A stretch of 63,744 nt of DNA, the filler included, from Reclinomonas americana ATCC 50394 (lineage: Eukaryota): assembly GCA_048213135.1 (NCBI GenBank). It is 20 parts of 20 records of this genome, joined end to end, with 100 filler letters (N's around TTAATTAATTAA, not from the genome) between each part and the next. Parts side by side here need not be neighbours in the genome. Positions count along the whole stretch, not along the records: positions 21,101 to 28,227 come from AFZH01024432.1; positions 28,328 to 35,315 come from AFZH01024433.1; positions 35,416 to 36,676 come from AFZH01024435.1; 17 more parts are not named here. One strand, given 5' to 3'. Position 1 is the first letter of the stretch. Every line of letters starts with the position of its first letter. Made by a program: the position numbers and the translations under genes. Shown here piece after piece: positions 24,101-36,776 of the stretch. The notes below the pieces were generated by a model that saw nothing but the letters and a program-made list of their open reading frames with translations, did not search any database and was not told the origin of the DNA.

Positions 24101-27100
24101 GGCAAACCACATCTGAGAACACGCTGCTTCAAGATAATACGAACCTTCGTTGATCGTAAATGTCTTGTCGAAGAACAGAGGTGATGCACCGCTATCCGTC
24201 GACCGCACAATTACAAGCAGACCGGTTCCATTCTGTCCGGCCGTCGTGATGCGCAGTTGCGAGCCAGAGATGTTGAACATGGCCGCATTAGCTCCACCGA
24301 CAATCGTGTACGTGAATGTCTGAGAGGAGTTGGCATCAGTCGTCGACAGAGTGCCCACCACGACATTGGCAGTGGTCGGTGGCGCATACGTCGTCGCCGA
24401 CAGTGCGATGTCCGAAGGAGGAAGATTGACTACCCATCGTCAAGAGCGGTGTAAGCTTTGTTGATGCAACAGGAACAACAACGCGTGAAACCAATTGCCA
24501 TACCTTCGTCAATGACAAGGGTCTTGTCAAAGAACAACGACCCACTGCCACTGTCGGTGGTGCGCACAATAACCACCAGTCCGCTGCCCGTCTGCCCGGC
24601 CGCAGTGATGCGCAGCTGGTCGCCAGAGATATTGAACAAGGCCGCATTGGCTCCGCCCACAATCGTGTACGTGTACGTCTGACACGAATTGGCATCGGTT
24701 GTCGACAGGTTTCCCACAACCATGTTGGCAGTCGTCGGCAACGTATACGCCGCAATCGATATCGTGATGTCCGTGGGCGTGACATTGGCTGCAATCGTGT
24801 GTCGATGAGCGGACAAGCGTAAGAACACAACCATGGTCTACAAGTACACACCTTCGTAGACTGTGAAGGTCTTATCAAAGAACAGCGATCCACTGCCGCT
24901 GTCGGTTGATCGCACAATTACCACCAAGCCAGTTCCATTCTGGCCGGCTGTTGTGATGCGCAGCTGCGCGCCAGATATGTTGAACATGGCCGCATTCGCT
25001 CCACCCACAATCGTGTACGTGTAAGTCTGACACGAATTGCCATCCGTGGTTGACAGAGTGCCCACCACGACATTGGCAGTGGTCGGCGGCGCATACGTCA
25101 CCGACGAAAGCACAACGTCCGTCGGCGCAAGGTTCGCTGCACACGACACGCACGTGAGACATATGATGAGTAAAGTCACTTGCATATTGCTTGTGGCAAC
25201 ACACCTTCGTTGATTGTGAATGTCTTGTCGAAGAACAGCGATCCACTGCCGCTGTCAGTCGATCGCACGGTCACTTGATACCCATCACCGATGACACCCG
25301 CTGTTGTGATGCGCAGTTGCGTGCCAGAGATATTGAACATGGCCGCATTCGCTCCACCCACAATCGAGTATGTGAATGTCTGCGCCGAGTTGGCATCGGT
25401 CGTTGACAGGCTACCAATCACGAGGTTGGCAGTGGTTGGTGGCGTGTACGTCGTCGCCGACAGTGCAATGTCCGTCGGTGCGACATTCACTGAACAACAG
25501 AAACCGGGCGAATGAGAAACCGCATCTGAGAACACGCTGCTTCAAGATAATACGTACCTTCGTTGATCGTAAATGTCTTGTCGAAGAACAGAGGTGATGC
25601 ACCGCTGTCCGTCGACCGCACAATCACCACCAAGCCAGTTCCATTCTGACCGGCTGTCGTGATGCGCAGCTGGGCGCCAGAGATGTTGAACATGGAAGCA
25701 TTCGCTCCGCCAACAATCGAGTATGTGAACGACTGGCCCGGGTTGGCGTCTGTCGTGGACAAACTGCCGACCACGACATTGGCAGTGGTCGGCGGCGTGT
25801 ACGTCGTCGCCGACAGCGCAATGTCCGTCGGCGCCACATTCACTGCCACACAACGCATGAGACCAACAAGCACGAACAAGCATGTGCAACGTCATTCAAA
25901 AGACCTTCGTCGACCGTAAATGTTTTGTCGAAGAACAACGTTCCGACGCCGTTGTCCGTCGATCGCACAATCACCACCAATCCACTGCCTGCCTGCCCGG
26001 CTGAGGTGAACCGCAGCTGCGCGCCAGAGATGTTGAACATGGCCGCATTCGCTCCGCCAACAATCGTGTATGTGAACGACTGCGCCGAGTTGGCGTCTGT
26101 TGTCGACAGATTGCCAATCACGAGATTGGCGGTGGTCGGCGGTGTGTACGTTGTCGACGACAGTGCAATATCCGTCGGTGCGACATTCACTGCACCGCAG
26201 CGCATGAGAACTACCATCGCCTGGCAGCGAAGAAACGAAGCACAACAGACCTTCGTTGATCGTGAACGTCTTGTCGAAGAACAACGGCGGTGCACCACTA
26301 TCCGTCGATCGCACAGTCACCACCAAGCCGGTTCCATTCTGACCGGCTGTCGTGATGCGAAGTTGCGCGCCAGAGATGTTGAACATGGCCGCATTCGCTC
26401 CGCCAACAATCGTGTACGTAAATGACTGGCCCGGGTTGGCGTCTGTCGTGGACAGACTGCCGACAACAAGGTTGGCAGTGGTCGGTGGTGTGTAGGTCGT
26501 CGCCGACAGAGCGATATCCGTCGGGGATACATTCACTATCATCCGACGCATGAGACCAACAGGAACAACAAGAAGGTACCACGAAGCACAACAAACCTTG
26601 GTCGATCGTAAATGTCTTGTCGAAGAAAAGTGATCCGCTGCCGCTGTCAGTCGTCCGCACAGTCACCACCAGTCCACTGCTTGTCTGCCCGGCTGAGGTG
26701 AATCGCAGCTGCGCGCCAGAGGTGTTGAACATGGCCGCATTCGCCCCTCCCACAATCGTGTACGTGAACGTCTGCGCCGAGTTGGCATCGGTGGTCGACA
26801 GGTTACCAATCACGAGATTAGCGGTGGTAGGCGGCGTGTACGTTGTCGCCGACAGTGCAATATCCGTTGGTGCAACATTCACTGCGACGAGGCACATGAG
26901 AGCTACGATCGCTAGCGGGCACAAAAACAAAGCAACAAGCAACTGACCTTCGTTGATCGTGAATGTCTTGTCGAAGAACAGCGATCCACTGCCACTGTCA
27001 GTCGATCGCACAATCACCACTAAGCCAGTTCCATTCTGCCCGGCTGTCGTGATGCGCAGCTGCGCGCCAGAGATGTTGAACATGGCCGCATTCGCCCCTC

Positions 27101-28227
27101 CCACAACCGAGTATGTGAATGTCTGCGCCGAGTTGCCGTCTGTGGTGGACAGTGTGCCGACCACGACATTGGCAGTGGTCGGCGGCGTGTACGTTGTCGC
27201 CGACAGTGCAATATCAGACGGAGGGACGTTGGCTGTGGATTATTCGCAACAATTAACCAGTCGCCGAACGCAACAACCCAATGAAATTTTGCTGCCGTAC
27301 CTTCATCGATCGTGAACGTCTTGTCAAAAAACAGCGACCCGCTGCCACTGTCGGTGGTGCGAACGATAACCACCAGTCCACTGCCCGTCTGCCCTGCCGC
27401 AGTGATGCGCAGCTGGTTGCCAGAGATGTTGAACACGGCCGCATTCGCTCCGCCCACAACCGAGTACGTGTACGTCTGACACGAATTCGTGTCAGTCGTT
27501 GACAGCGAACCAACGACCATATTAGCTGTGGACGGCGGCGAGTAAGCGGGCATCGACAGCGTGATGTCCGTGGGCGCGATATTGGCTGCAATTGCAAGTC
27601 GATGAGTGCCCAAGCAGATACACGGCCAAAGGTCTACAAGCACGCACTTTCGTTGATCGTGAACGTCTTGTCGAAGAACAGCGATCCACTGCCGCTGTCA
27701 GTCGTCCGCACAATCACAACCAAGCCGGTTCCATTCTGCCCGGCTGTTGTGATGCGCAGCTGCGCGCCAGAGATGTTGAACATGGCCGCGTCGGCTCCGC
27801 CCACAATCGTGTATGTGAATGTCTGCGCCGAGTTGGCATCGGTCGTTGACAGAGTGCCGACAACAAGGTTGGCGTGGTCGGCGGCGTATACGTCGTCGAC
27901 GACAGCGCAATGTCCGACGGCGCCACATTCACTGCAGCGTAACGCATGAGACCAACAGGCACGACAAGCTGGTAAAACGTTATACAGACCTTCGTTGATT
28001 GTGAATGTCTTATCAAAGAACAGCGATCCACTGCCGTTGTCAGTCGAACGCACAATCACCACCAAGCCTGTTCCATTCTGACCGGCCGTCGTGATGCGCA
28101 ATTGTGCACCAGAGATGTTAAACATGGCCGCATTCGCTCCGCCCACGATTGTGTACGTGAACGACTGGCCCGAGTTGGCATCGGTCGTGGAGAGACTGCC
28201 AATTACGAGGTTTGCAGTTGAAGGAGG
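21101..28227 (-). CDS. Internal part of a giant surface protein with 21 cadherin-like repeats, one per exon
   Basis: 285-nt exons start (low coordinate) at 21307, 21651, 22006, 22359, 22721, 23085, 23441, 23792, 24145, 24504, 24852, 25205, 25558, 25905, 26251, 26597, 26948 and 27301. The exon at 27648 is 284 nt. Partial exons are 21101-21233 and 27990-28227. There are 20 GT-AG phase-1 introns of about 58-79 nt. Consensus NVAPTDIALS..VG.L.TTDAN...YTIVGG..A.FNISG.QLR...VIVRSTD.G....FDKTFTINE. Confidence 0.9.
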
Positions 28228-28327
28228 NNNNNNNNNNNNNNNNNNNNNNNNNNNNNNNNNNNNNNNNNNNNTTAATTAATTAANNNNNNNNNNNNNNNNN
28301 NNNNNNNNNNNNNNNNNNNNNNNNNNN

Positions 28328-31300
28328 ACCACTGTCTTGCCGATGACAAACCGCCAGATGGTGCCTTTGGATGCAGACGGTGCATGCTTCGCGTCGATCG
28401 GACCTGCGGAGAGTTGAGGAAATCCGACATCAGACGAGCAAGCTCTCGTTGCTGTTGCAATCTTCCGCGCTGCTCCTCAAGGTACTGTTTCCGCATATCA
28501 CGGCGAGCTTTTTGACCAGGGAAAATAGGCCCGCCGGTTGCTTGACGAGGCAATAGACTGTTGCGTTGCCGCGACTGCACCGAGGTCGCAATCGACCAAG
28601 GCGTGCACGCGCCATTATCGCTGGAAGCAAGTAGCAGCTGTGCACCTGCAGCCGCCGCAGATACGGGAGTTGCAGCACCGGCGGCGTATCGACCGCGTTT
28701 CCAAGGCGAAAACTGAGCGCCAGCCAACAGATTGTTGTAGATTACACGAGTGCGACTTATCGCAAACTGCGGCAGACTATCGAGTTAAATGAATAATGCC
28801 ACACACTGTCAACAGCAGCAATGAACGCGCTGCGCACCGTTCCAACATCAGGAGCCTGTGTCTTGCACAAGCCACACACATTGGAGAAGTGGTGCTCGGC
28901 CGGCAACGTGGTCAGCATCCGGCAATGCCCAGGACCAATCAAATCCAGCAGCGCAGCGACTTGCTCGCCGCCAAGGTGGTAAGACTGTCGCAACACTGTT
29001 TCCAGCCGCTTCATGCGCGTCAAGGCTGTTTTCAACGCAGTCATTGACTGCAATAACACAAGTCAATCAGCCAGTGATATCACTCCAACACCAGATTTCT
29101 CCGTCGCTGCGACGACAGCAATTAATCGCACACCTTGCTGCAGGGTCCTCGATACGCACCCTGAGAAGAGTGCACTGGTGATCGATTTTTAACGCCGTTG
29201 CGGAAATAGTTGTTCTCCTTCACTGTGATGTCGGCGAGGTTCACGATCGGCGCCGACGCCGTCTCCTGCAAATGATGATCAAGTGCCATGCACCACGAGC
29301 AAGTCAACTAAAATTGTTGCAAAGATGCAAGTGACTGCAACATACCAGTCGCGCCATAATGTCGCTGAATGACAATGAGGCGATGTATTCTGGCGTGCAG
29401 TCCTCACGGGCGTCACTCGAATTTGATCTTGTGGAAGAAGACTGTTTACATGGAGTGAAAAAATAGACTATAAGAACCACTTAATCTACTCAGTCGCTGT
29501 GCACACACGGCACGTGCAAGCGTGACTGTACTATACTATACTATAGTGCGCAACTGCACAATGGCGAACGCCCATAGTAGACAGCAGCGTGTACAACGAA
29601 TCCAAATGCCTGAGAACTGGATGCATGTGCTCGTCGTCGCCTACAGTGCAGGTGTTCTGATCGAACACAGTGACGAGGCGGAGTGCCTGGTTGGCAGGAT
29701 CCACAACCAGGCAAGACCCAGAGGAAAGGGCGAACACAGAGATCGGGAGACGGCCGAACCGGGCTGTCCAGCGACCGGGTCCATCGTAGTACGCGAACTT
29801 GGTTGGGCGACCAGCGACAAAGTTCGGTGTTGTGAATCCATAGTGCTCATCCGCTTCGTCAAACAACAATATGACAGAGCGGAGAGAACCGTCAGCACCT
29901 GGTACCCGACACATCAGTCAGTCTGATGAGAAACGTTGTTGCAGTACATGCTGTGCGCACAACGTCGACTCACCTGCCACGAAGACAGTCTTGGTGGCCA
30001 TTAAATTCTGTGCGTCAAACTGCGCAGCAAGAATTTTCTGTCGTGCCGAACCAGGTTCCACCGAAAGGCTGCACGGTTCGAAGTCGAGAAGGGCAACCTT
30101 CACCGCGAGTCGGTGCTCGTTGTGCGCACCCGACACCAGATCGTCGAGATGGCAAATCGCTTTCACGACTTCCGGATTCTTATCATGGGGCTCTGCAAAG
30201 ATCCATTGACCGCGGCGAGGGTCACTCGCCACCTCGTGCAAACCGCGGGCACCATCGACGTTGCAGCCGTTTCGACCAATAACGTAGGAAACGAGAAAGC
30301 CGTGGGCCTTGATGTAGCCCCCGCGGCCGTTACGGTCACACCAGACCACAAGCGGTGTTTGGAGCCGCACACACGCCACGACATGTTGCTCCAAGTAAAC
30401 ACCAGATTCCAGCACTTGTGTGTACAAATTCAACAGTTAGCAGCAATCCATGCACTGGTTCTAACAACTGCCACCACGACTACTCACCGTAGGGTGACTT
30501 CGGAAGTGCTGGCTCAAACGGGCGGAACCCAGCAAACGTGGCCAAGCCGGTGACGCGAAATGAATGCGTCGCTTCGGCTTCTTCATTCGCCAAGCCGTCC
30601 GAACACAATTTCTTGATGGCATCAGCACGTTGCTGCAGAAGATCGCAGAATCCGCTGCCACGAAGTTGTTTAACGTCAAGCTGAAACTGGGACTCACTCA
30701 TGGCAGAGCGCATGTGCGTCGCACGCTCTAGCCACGGTTGGGACGGAGTTCCAAGGAAAGAGAGTTGCATGGTGTGGCAGTGGGGTACTGGCAAATTACT
30801 CGTCCGTTGTTCCCAGCCAGAGTAATCAAACTTGCAGTGATCTTCCCACTTCGTTGACGGATTGAGTCCGCGCATCATGATCTGCGTGCACACAAGGAGA
30901 GTGAGCACGTTGTGTGGCAAGGGAAATGATCTCAGTGAACGTACCACAGGCACCGCTGCAGGAGTCTTTCCGTCGTCGTGTGCAGGCTGAACAACGAATG
31001 CGAGGCACTTGTCGTGGAAGGCAAACGCCGTATGCGTGACCAACTGCGAGAGGTCCGATACGCGAAACAGCGTCTCAACTCTCTGGTCGCGGACTTGCAG
31101 CGTCTTGACACAGAAGGTCTGCTTGCCGCCACCTCCAGACATGTTCGTTGTGACAATGCGAATCCGTCCGCAGTCGACGAGGCTGATCAACGACTGTAGG
31201 ACAGAACACAGGGCATGCGCATTAGCGAAGTGTAGTCCGTAGTGCACGCGGAGCATCCATCGCGATGATGTCATGTTAACGAACCCGTGTGTCCGACACT

Positions 31301-34300
31301 GACACAAAGCTGAGACTGGCAAAGCAAGCGCTTGCGTTGTCGCCGTCTGCCATGCGGATGGGAGCCACCGGTACCGGCGTCGCATCCGCCGCTTCCCGCG
31401 TACCGGCAAACAGCGACACATGGGGTGGCGAATGCGCAGACACCATCAGCACGCAAGTCTTGCAAGCGACCAACAGTGAGCCGTCAAACCACGGAACGAC
31501 TCCGACAGCACCAGGCGGGATGGGCTTCTGGGGCGAATTGCCGTCCCAAGCGCTCTTACGGTTGACCGCATCATACCAACGCACAGTGTGGACGGCAGGA
31601 ACCACTGTTGTAACGACCGACGCACAATATTCGAGATACTGTGCGGACGGATGGCAAGAACTGTCAGCAAACATGCTTGCTGTGCTACAGACCTACAGCA
31701 AACGCTGCATTCCACAGAAAAATCGATCACCTCTTGCATTGCCGGGCAACACAGTTGAAGAACGTGCTGTGGGCTCATCACGTCCCGGTTCTGAATTGCG
31801 TCGTGTGAAACCACGGTTTTCAGGCGCGTGAGCAGGTGCTCGAGATGCCGCATGTGCGTGTGAAGATCAGGGTCATCGCGCTTTTTGACGCTAGCGCTGT
31901 TGAGGTCCGGTGGGTGGCGGATGTGGTAGGCGCTCCGAATAACATCGCCGCTGAACATGATGCCATCAATCAGGATGTACCAGTTCTGCAACGACTGATT
32001 GGCGTTCTTGCACCAGTGTGGAATATCAACAATGCAGCCAGTTTCTCGTAGTGCCAACATCGTAGGCGCCATGCCGTCTGGCACTAACTTGTAAGATCCG
32101 ATACAAAACACGCACAGCAGCACACTTTGCAGTTGCAGAACTCACCAACAAAGTCAGCAAACTCCGGTGACTCCACCGGCCCCTGCATGACATGATGCGT
32201 CGCGTCCGCGTCAGCGACCAGTACCAGTATGTGAACTCGAATGCAGTCGCACTGGTCACGAATGCACCGATCGCACTTCCGGAGGTGCGATTCTGGTGAC
32301 TTGTGACCGAGAAGCGTGCAAGCATCGCACACCTTGGATTCGCGCAAGCAATCTGCGTAATGTGATGGTGTAAGCAAAGAGACAGCCACCTTGAATGCTT
32401 GCAGCATCACCAGCGTTGTCCAATCACCGTTGCACACAGATATCTGACACGCGGTTGGAACGATTTCCAGGTAGCCGGTGGTTAGATTCAGTTGCGTTGC
32501 GTGAGTTCGCTTGTCACGGTGAGCCGCGGTCGACAGGCAGTGCATGCAGACGCCAAGGCAGTTGACGACAGATTTCACCGTGTCGGAGACCTGCACGGAC
32601 ACGAGCACAACTTAAATACGATGATCACACTTGAAGTCGTGTGCAGTAACACAAAAGTGCGTACCACCGCCGAACTGACGGTCTTCGGTCGAAGACCAGT
32701 GGCCACTGGCAAAGATACACGACCGTCCAGTGTGCACAGGTGCGACTCGCAGACACTGTGGACGACGATCGCTCCAAGTTCCCCTTCGAGCTCCTCAGTG
32801 TGGTTGCCGTCGATGAGCTGTGCGAGGCGTCGTACTGTTCCGTCAGTCACTTCTGCACCCATCGCACCGATCATCTGCATGCACCATCGCCACATTTGAG
32901 TGAGCAGGCATGTAAAGAGAATACGACGTCCACTGCGATTCACACACCGTTCCGTCGTGCAGCGTGATCACAGATGGCTTGAGTGCTTTCTCATCGAAGA
33001 AACAAGTCGCGAAAACAGCGATAACGCCACCGTCGAATCGCACAGTCGAGGACAGTGCAAACTCCATTGCGCGCTTCAGAAAATGCCAAAGAACCATAGG
33101 GGCGACACCATTAATAACGCGGAAAGCCCACAAGTCACTGAACACAGTCTCGCGAGAAAACGAGCCCATATTCATACGCGGAGCAGGTGGACCAAGAGCG
33201 ACATCCTGTTGTGCTCGTTTTGCGAGGGGAACACCGCCTATGTTGTTGGCACCGATCACATATCTCATCGCTGTGATCAGTGAAACCAAGAATAAGCACA
33301 CTAACACGCACACTGCCTCATGATCAGGTAGGGCAACGCTGACATACCAGGACCAGCAAGAATCTCCGCGAGTCGCGGACCGCCGAGAGAATACACTTGC
33401 TGCAGAAGGGCTACCACCTCAGGATAGTGGGCAGCATAGCACGGTCGATGCTCGATTTGCGCCAGCGTCAGCAGAAGCCACTGGAACGAAACATGATTCG
33501 TGGAGAAGCCGCCAGTACGCGCCATGTCCATGAGCCACACAATTTGGAGCGTGTCACTCATGAATTGTTCGCCAGGAAACGCAGCGGCGAAGCGTGCACA
33601 GAGTGCTTGAAATTCCTACTCATCAGCAGCATGCGTACACCCTGTGTTAAAATAGTATGCCTTCGACACAAACAAAACAGGCAGACAGCATCTGCTTACC
33701 TGAAAAAATCCAAGGACCTTTGTTTTGCATGCGTCGAAATCGAATTCTGCGTGGCTCGCACTCTCGGCCTCGTCACTTGCACGGACTGCAGGTCCAGGAA
33801 TGAGTGAGGAGAAAGAACCCTTGTGAAAGATAACACATGCCGCATATCGAGAAGACTTCGGTTGTACCACAATCTCACAAACCTCTTTCTTGTATTATCG
33901 ACGAGCTCACACGTTGTGACGAGTAATGCAGGCTAACGACGTCTCTGAGGGCACTCTTTCTTCACGTGACGATGCAATAAACTAGAAAGTTTCACCGGAG
34001 GGCGCTCGTAACCAGCAGGAGCGGCAGCTCGACCAAATTTCGCGGGACAGAAGCTCCCAGCAGGCAGGGGAATGATCTTTCGACATACCTCGCAACGGGC
34101 GTGCGTGTACACCTTCTTTCCCTCACGGTCTCTCTGTGGAATAACTAACACCACATCCTCACCGACTGCAGCCTCGGCTAAGACGGAAGCGGCGTAGTGC
34201 TCAGTCGCGGTTGACGGCTGATGGTCGTGTCGTCTGCGTTCGTGGTAAAGTGAGAAACACACACGCACACACACACACGCATACACACGCACACACACAC
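28328..34300 (-). CDS. Multi-exon P-element/THAP9-type DDE transposase with an NHL-like beta-propeller insertion; ends not defined
   Basis: CFFDEKALKP (D 32993-32995), LVADADATH (D 32210-32212), VDIPHWCKN (D-x2-H, 32016-32027), NRDVMSPQHVLQL, NHL-like blades (ADGDNASACF; YDGPGRWTARF..LVVDPANQALRLV), MLTTLPAEHHFS (E 28895-28897). N-terminal CEVC..LHRHVKKEC Zn finger at about 33950-34100. Further upstream exons up to 35315 are possible. Confidence 0.65.
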
Positions 34301-35478
34301 ACGCAAGCACGTACAAACACACATATACAGAGAGAGAGAGAGAATCGTCGCACGAAACAGCAACCGCATTTCATGCTTTGTTTCCCAGTCCCGGTCATGC
34401 TTGTCGTGACTCCCGGAAAATGAGTCCTCCATACCGCGACTCCGTCGTCTGGAGGGAGTTTTGGAATTCGATTGTCTCTCTGCGATAGCTGCGGCAGCCG
34501 CATCGACCCTGGAGGACGAAGAGGATCCAGAGCCAGAGGCGGACCCCGAGGAGTTCGACTGCGACGAATTCCCCGTGTTTCGGCGTTTCTCCTGCTGCCC
34601 ATCTTCATCGCCGTCTCCTTCGCGAACGCGCTTGCCAATGGAGCCACCACCAGCTCCACCACGATAAGACAGTACGGTGTTGACATTGCGCTCGCGTGGA
34701 ACAGCAGTGCAGACCACTGTTCTGATTTGAGTGCGACTGAACCACAGACGCAAATGAGCCACCACTCACCGATAAGGTACAGCACCGATCTCTGTGCCTG
34801 CTGTAGGAGGTCACTTTGCCAGGTAGGTCGCCACGGTACAAGGTCATAGTCATACTGTTGGTCTGCGTGCTCCGCCCTGCATGGGAGGTCGGAGACGAGG
34901 AATGCAGCAGTGAGAAATGTCCACCGCAAAATGTGCGGAGAATTAACACTGTGCTATGTGCATGTGCTTGTGTGCTTGAGTGCATGCGTGTGTGTGCTGT
35001 GTGTTGTGCGTGTGTGTGCGTGCGTGCAGTTGCAGTGGTTGCTGAACAAGTTTGGCGCAAACGCAACATCTCCGCTGGCTGTTCCGACCGGGAGAGAAGA
35101 TGCACACTCCACTCCTCGTCTGCTTGGAGAACAGGGAAACTTGCGCGATCTCCACAGTCGGGCGAGGCCAGCTGCTCTAGCACGTGAGTCTTGAACAGCA
35201 TCGGTGTCGATTGCTCAGCGAGGGTGACTCTTGTCCACAGGCCAGTGGGTTTGTAGGTACCGTTGACGATGCTTTCCTCCACATCCTTGGACACAAGACG
35301 GTACTTGATGGCACCNNNNNNNNNNNNNNNNNNNNNNNNNNNNNNNNNNNNNNNNNNNNTTAATTAATTAANNNNNNNNNNNNNNNNNNNNNNNNNNNNN
35401 NNNNNNNNNNNNNNNGTTAGCCCTCTCTCTTTCTCTCGCTGTGTGTGCACTGTGGTTATTGACTCGCGCGTCGCACAG

Positions 35479-36676
35479 GCACACCAACCATCAGCGCATT
35501 GACGCCGCTGTGGGTGCCTGCCACATCCAACTCGTTCCCAGTGCAACTGGATGGGTCAAACTTGGAGGAGTCACAGTACCTGCAAGTGCGTGTGGATTCA
35601 TCAGCTGTGCCGACGTGGCGAGTGTCGACATCGCGTCTGGAGTTCCTCGCCCCGGCGCGGTCTGTCGGAGGCATAGCCACTGTCGATGTCACATACAATG
35701 GCGTGGACTACTCAGCGACCACGTCGCTGACATATTTGGGTGAGTTCACACACATGCACACACACACTCTCTCACACGCACTCGCACTCTATCATGATGT
35801 GCGTGTCTGGCTGATGGTGCGCTTGCTTGTTGTGTAGCTGCCTCCACGTTGACGGCGGTTGAGCCTGCTGTGGGGCCAGTGGGAACTGTCCGCGTGCGTG
35901 GCACAAATTTCCCCGCGGCATCCTTCGGTACCAAGTGCACGTTTGACAACTGGGAGGCGACGCCAGTATCGATCTCGAGCAGCGAACTCATCTGCAACAC
36001 CACTTCATCGACCAGCAGTTTTTCGACTGTCGGCGTCAACGTGGCCGGCAACTCCATGACACAGCAACGTGGTGGATTCGCGCGGCGTCGTGCGCCATTC
36101 GTGTCGCGGGCGTACCAGACGATGCAGTCGTGGTCAGGAGGGCGTGGTAATGTTGTGCTTTCTGGCGGCGAGTTTCGTAGTGACGGAATAGCTTGTCAGT
36201 ACGGTGCAAGCGGCCGCGGCAGCGCTGCGTTTGTGTCTTCGGTGGTAGCGGTGTGCTCGCCGCCTGAATCAAACGTGCCAGTGTCAGAGACAGTGCGGCT
36301 GTCGACGAACAGCGGCTACAACGTGACGGAGACAGCGGTTCGTGTTCGTAACGTGGACCTGCCGACGACGGTGCAGAATGTAACGCTGCCGGAGGTTGGT
36401 GGATCGACAGTCTCTTTGCAAGTGACGACCGGCAGCGCGAATTCTTTGGCCTACGCATTCGGTGACCGCGACGTGTGGTGTCAGATCGATGGCAGTACGT
36501 TTGTGCGCGGGCGGAGCATGCTGCCGCACAGCAACTTGATTCAGTGCACAGTTCCACGACTGACTGCTGGTAGTCACGGTCTCGCGCTTGCCAGCAGAGC
36601 ATTTACGCAGATGTCGACGGCGGTGGTGTCATTGCAGATCCTGTCCACCAACGTCACCGACCCAGGCACTGTAGCT
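35479..36676 (+). CDS. IPT/TIG-repeat cell-surface protein, internal fragment (exons 35479-35739 and 35838-36676)
   Basis: PTISALTP..LDGSNL..VDVTYNGVDY; TAVEPAVGP..VRGTNF..CTFD..SSSELIC; phase-1 GT-AG intron at 35740-35837. Confidence 0.8.
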
Positions 36677-36776
36677 NNNNNNNNNNNNNNNNNNNNNNNN
36701 NNNNNNNNNNNNNNNNNNNNTTAATTAATTAANNNNNNNNNNNNNNNNNNNNNNNNNNNNNNNNNNNNNNNNNNNN

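Noticed and set aside
21101..28227. CRISPR-like repeat-spacer array
   Set aside because: The repeats are 285-nt coding exons and the spacers are GT-AG introns; no cas genes are present.
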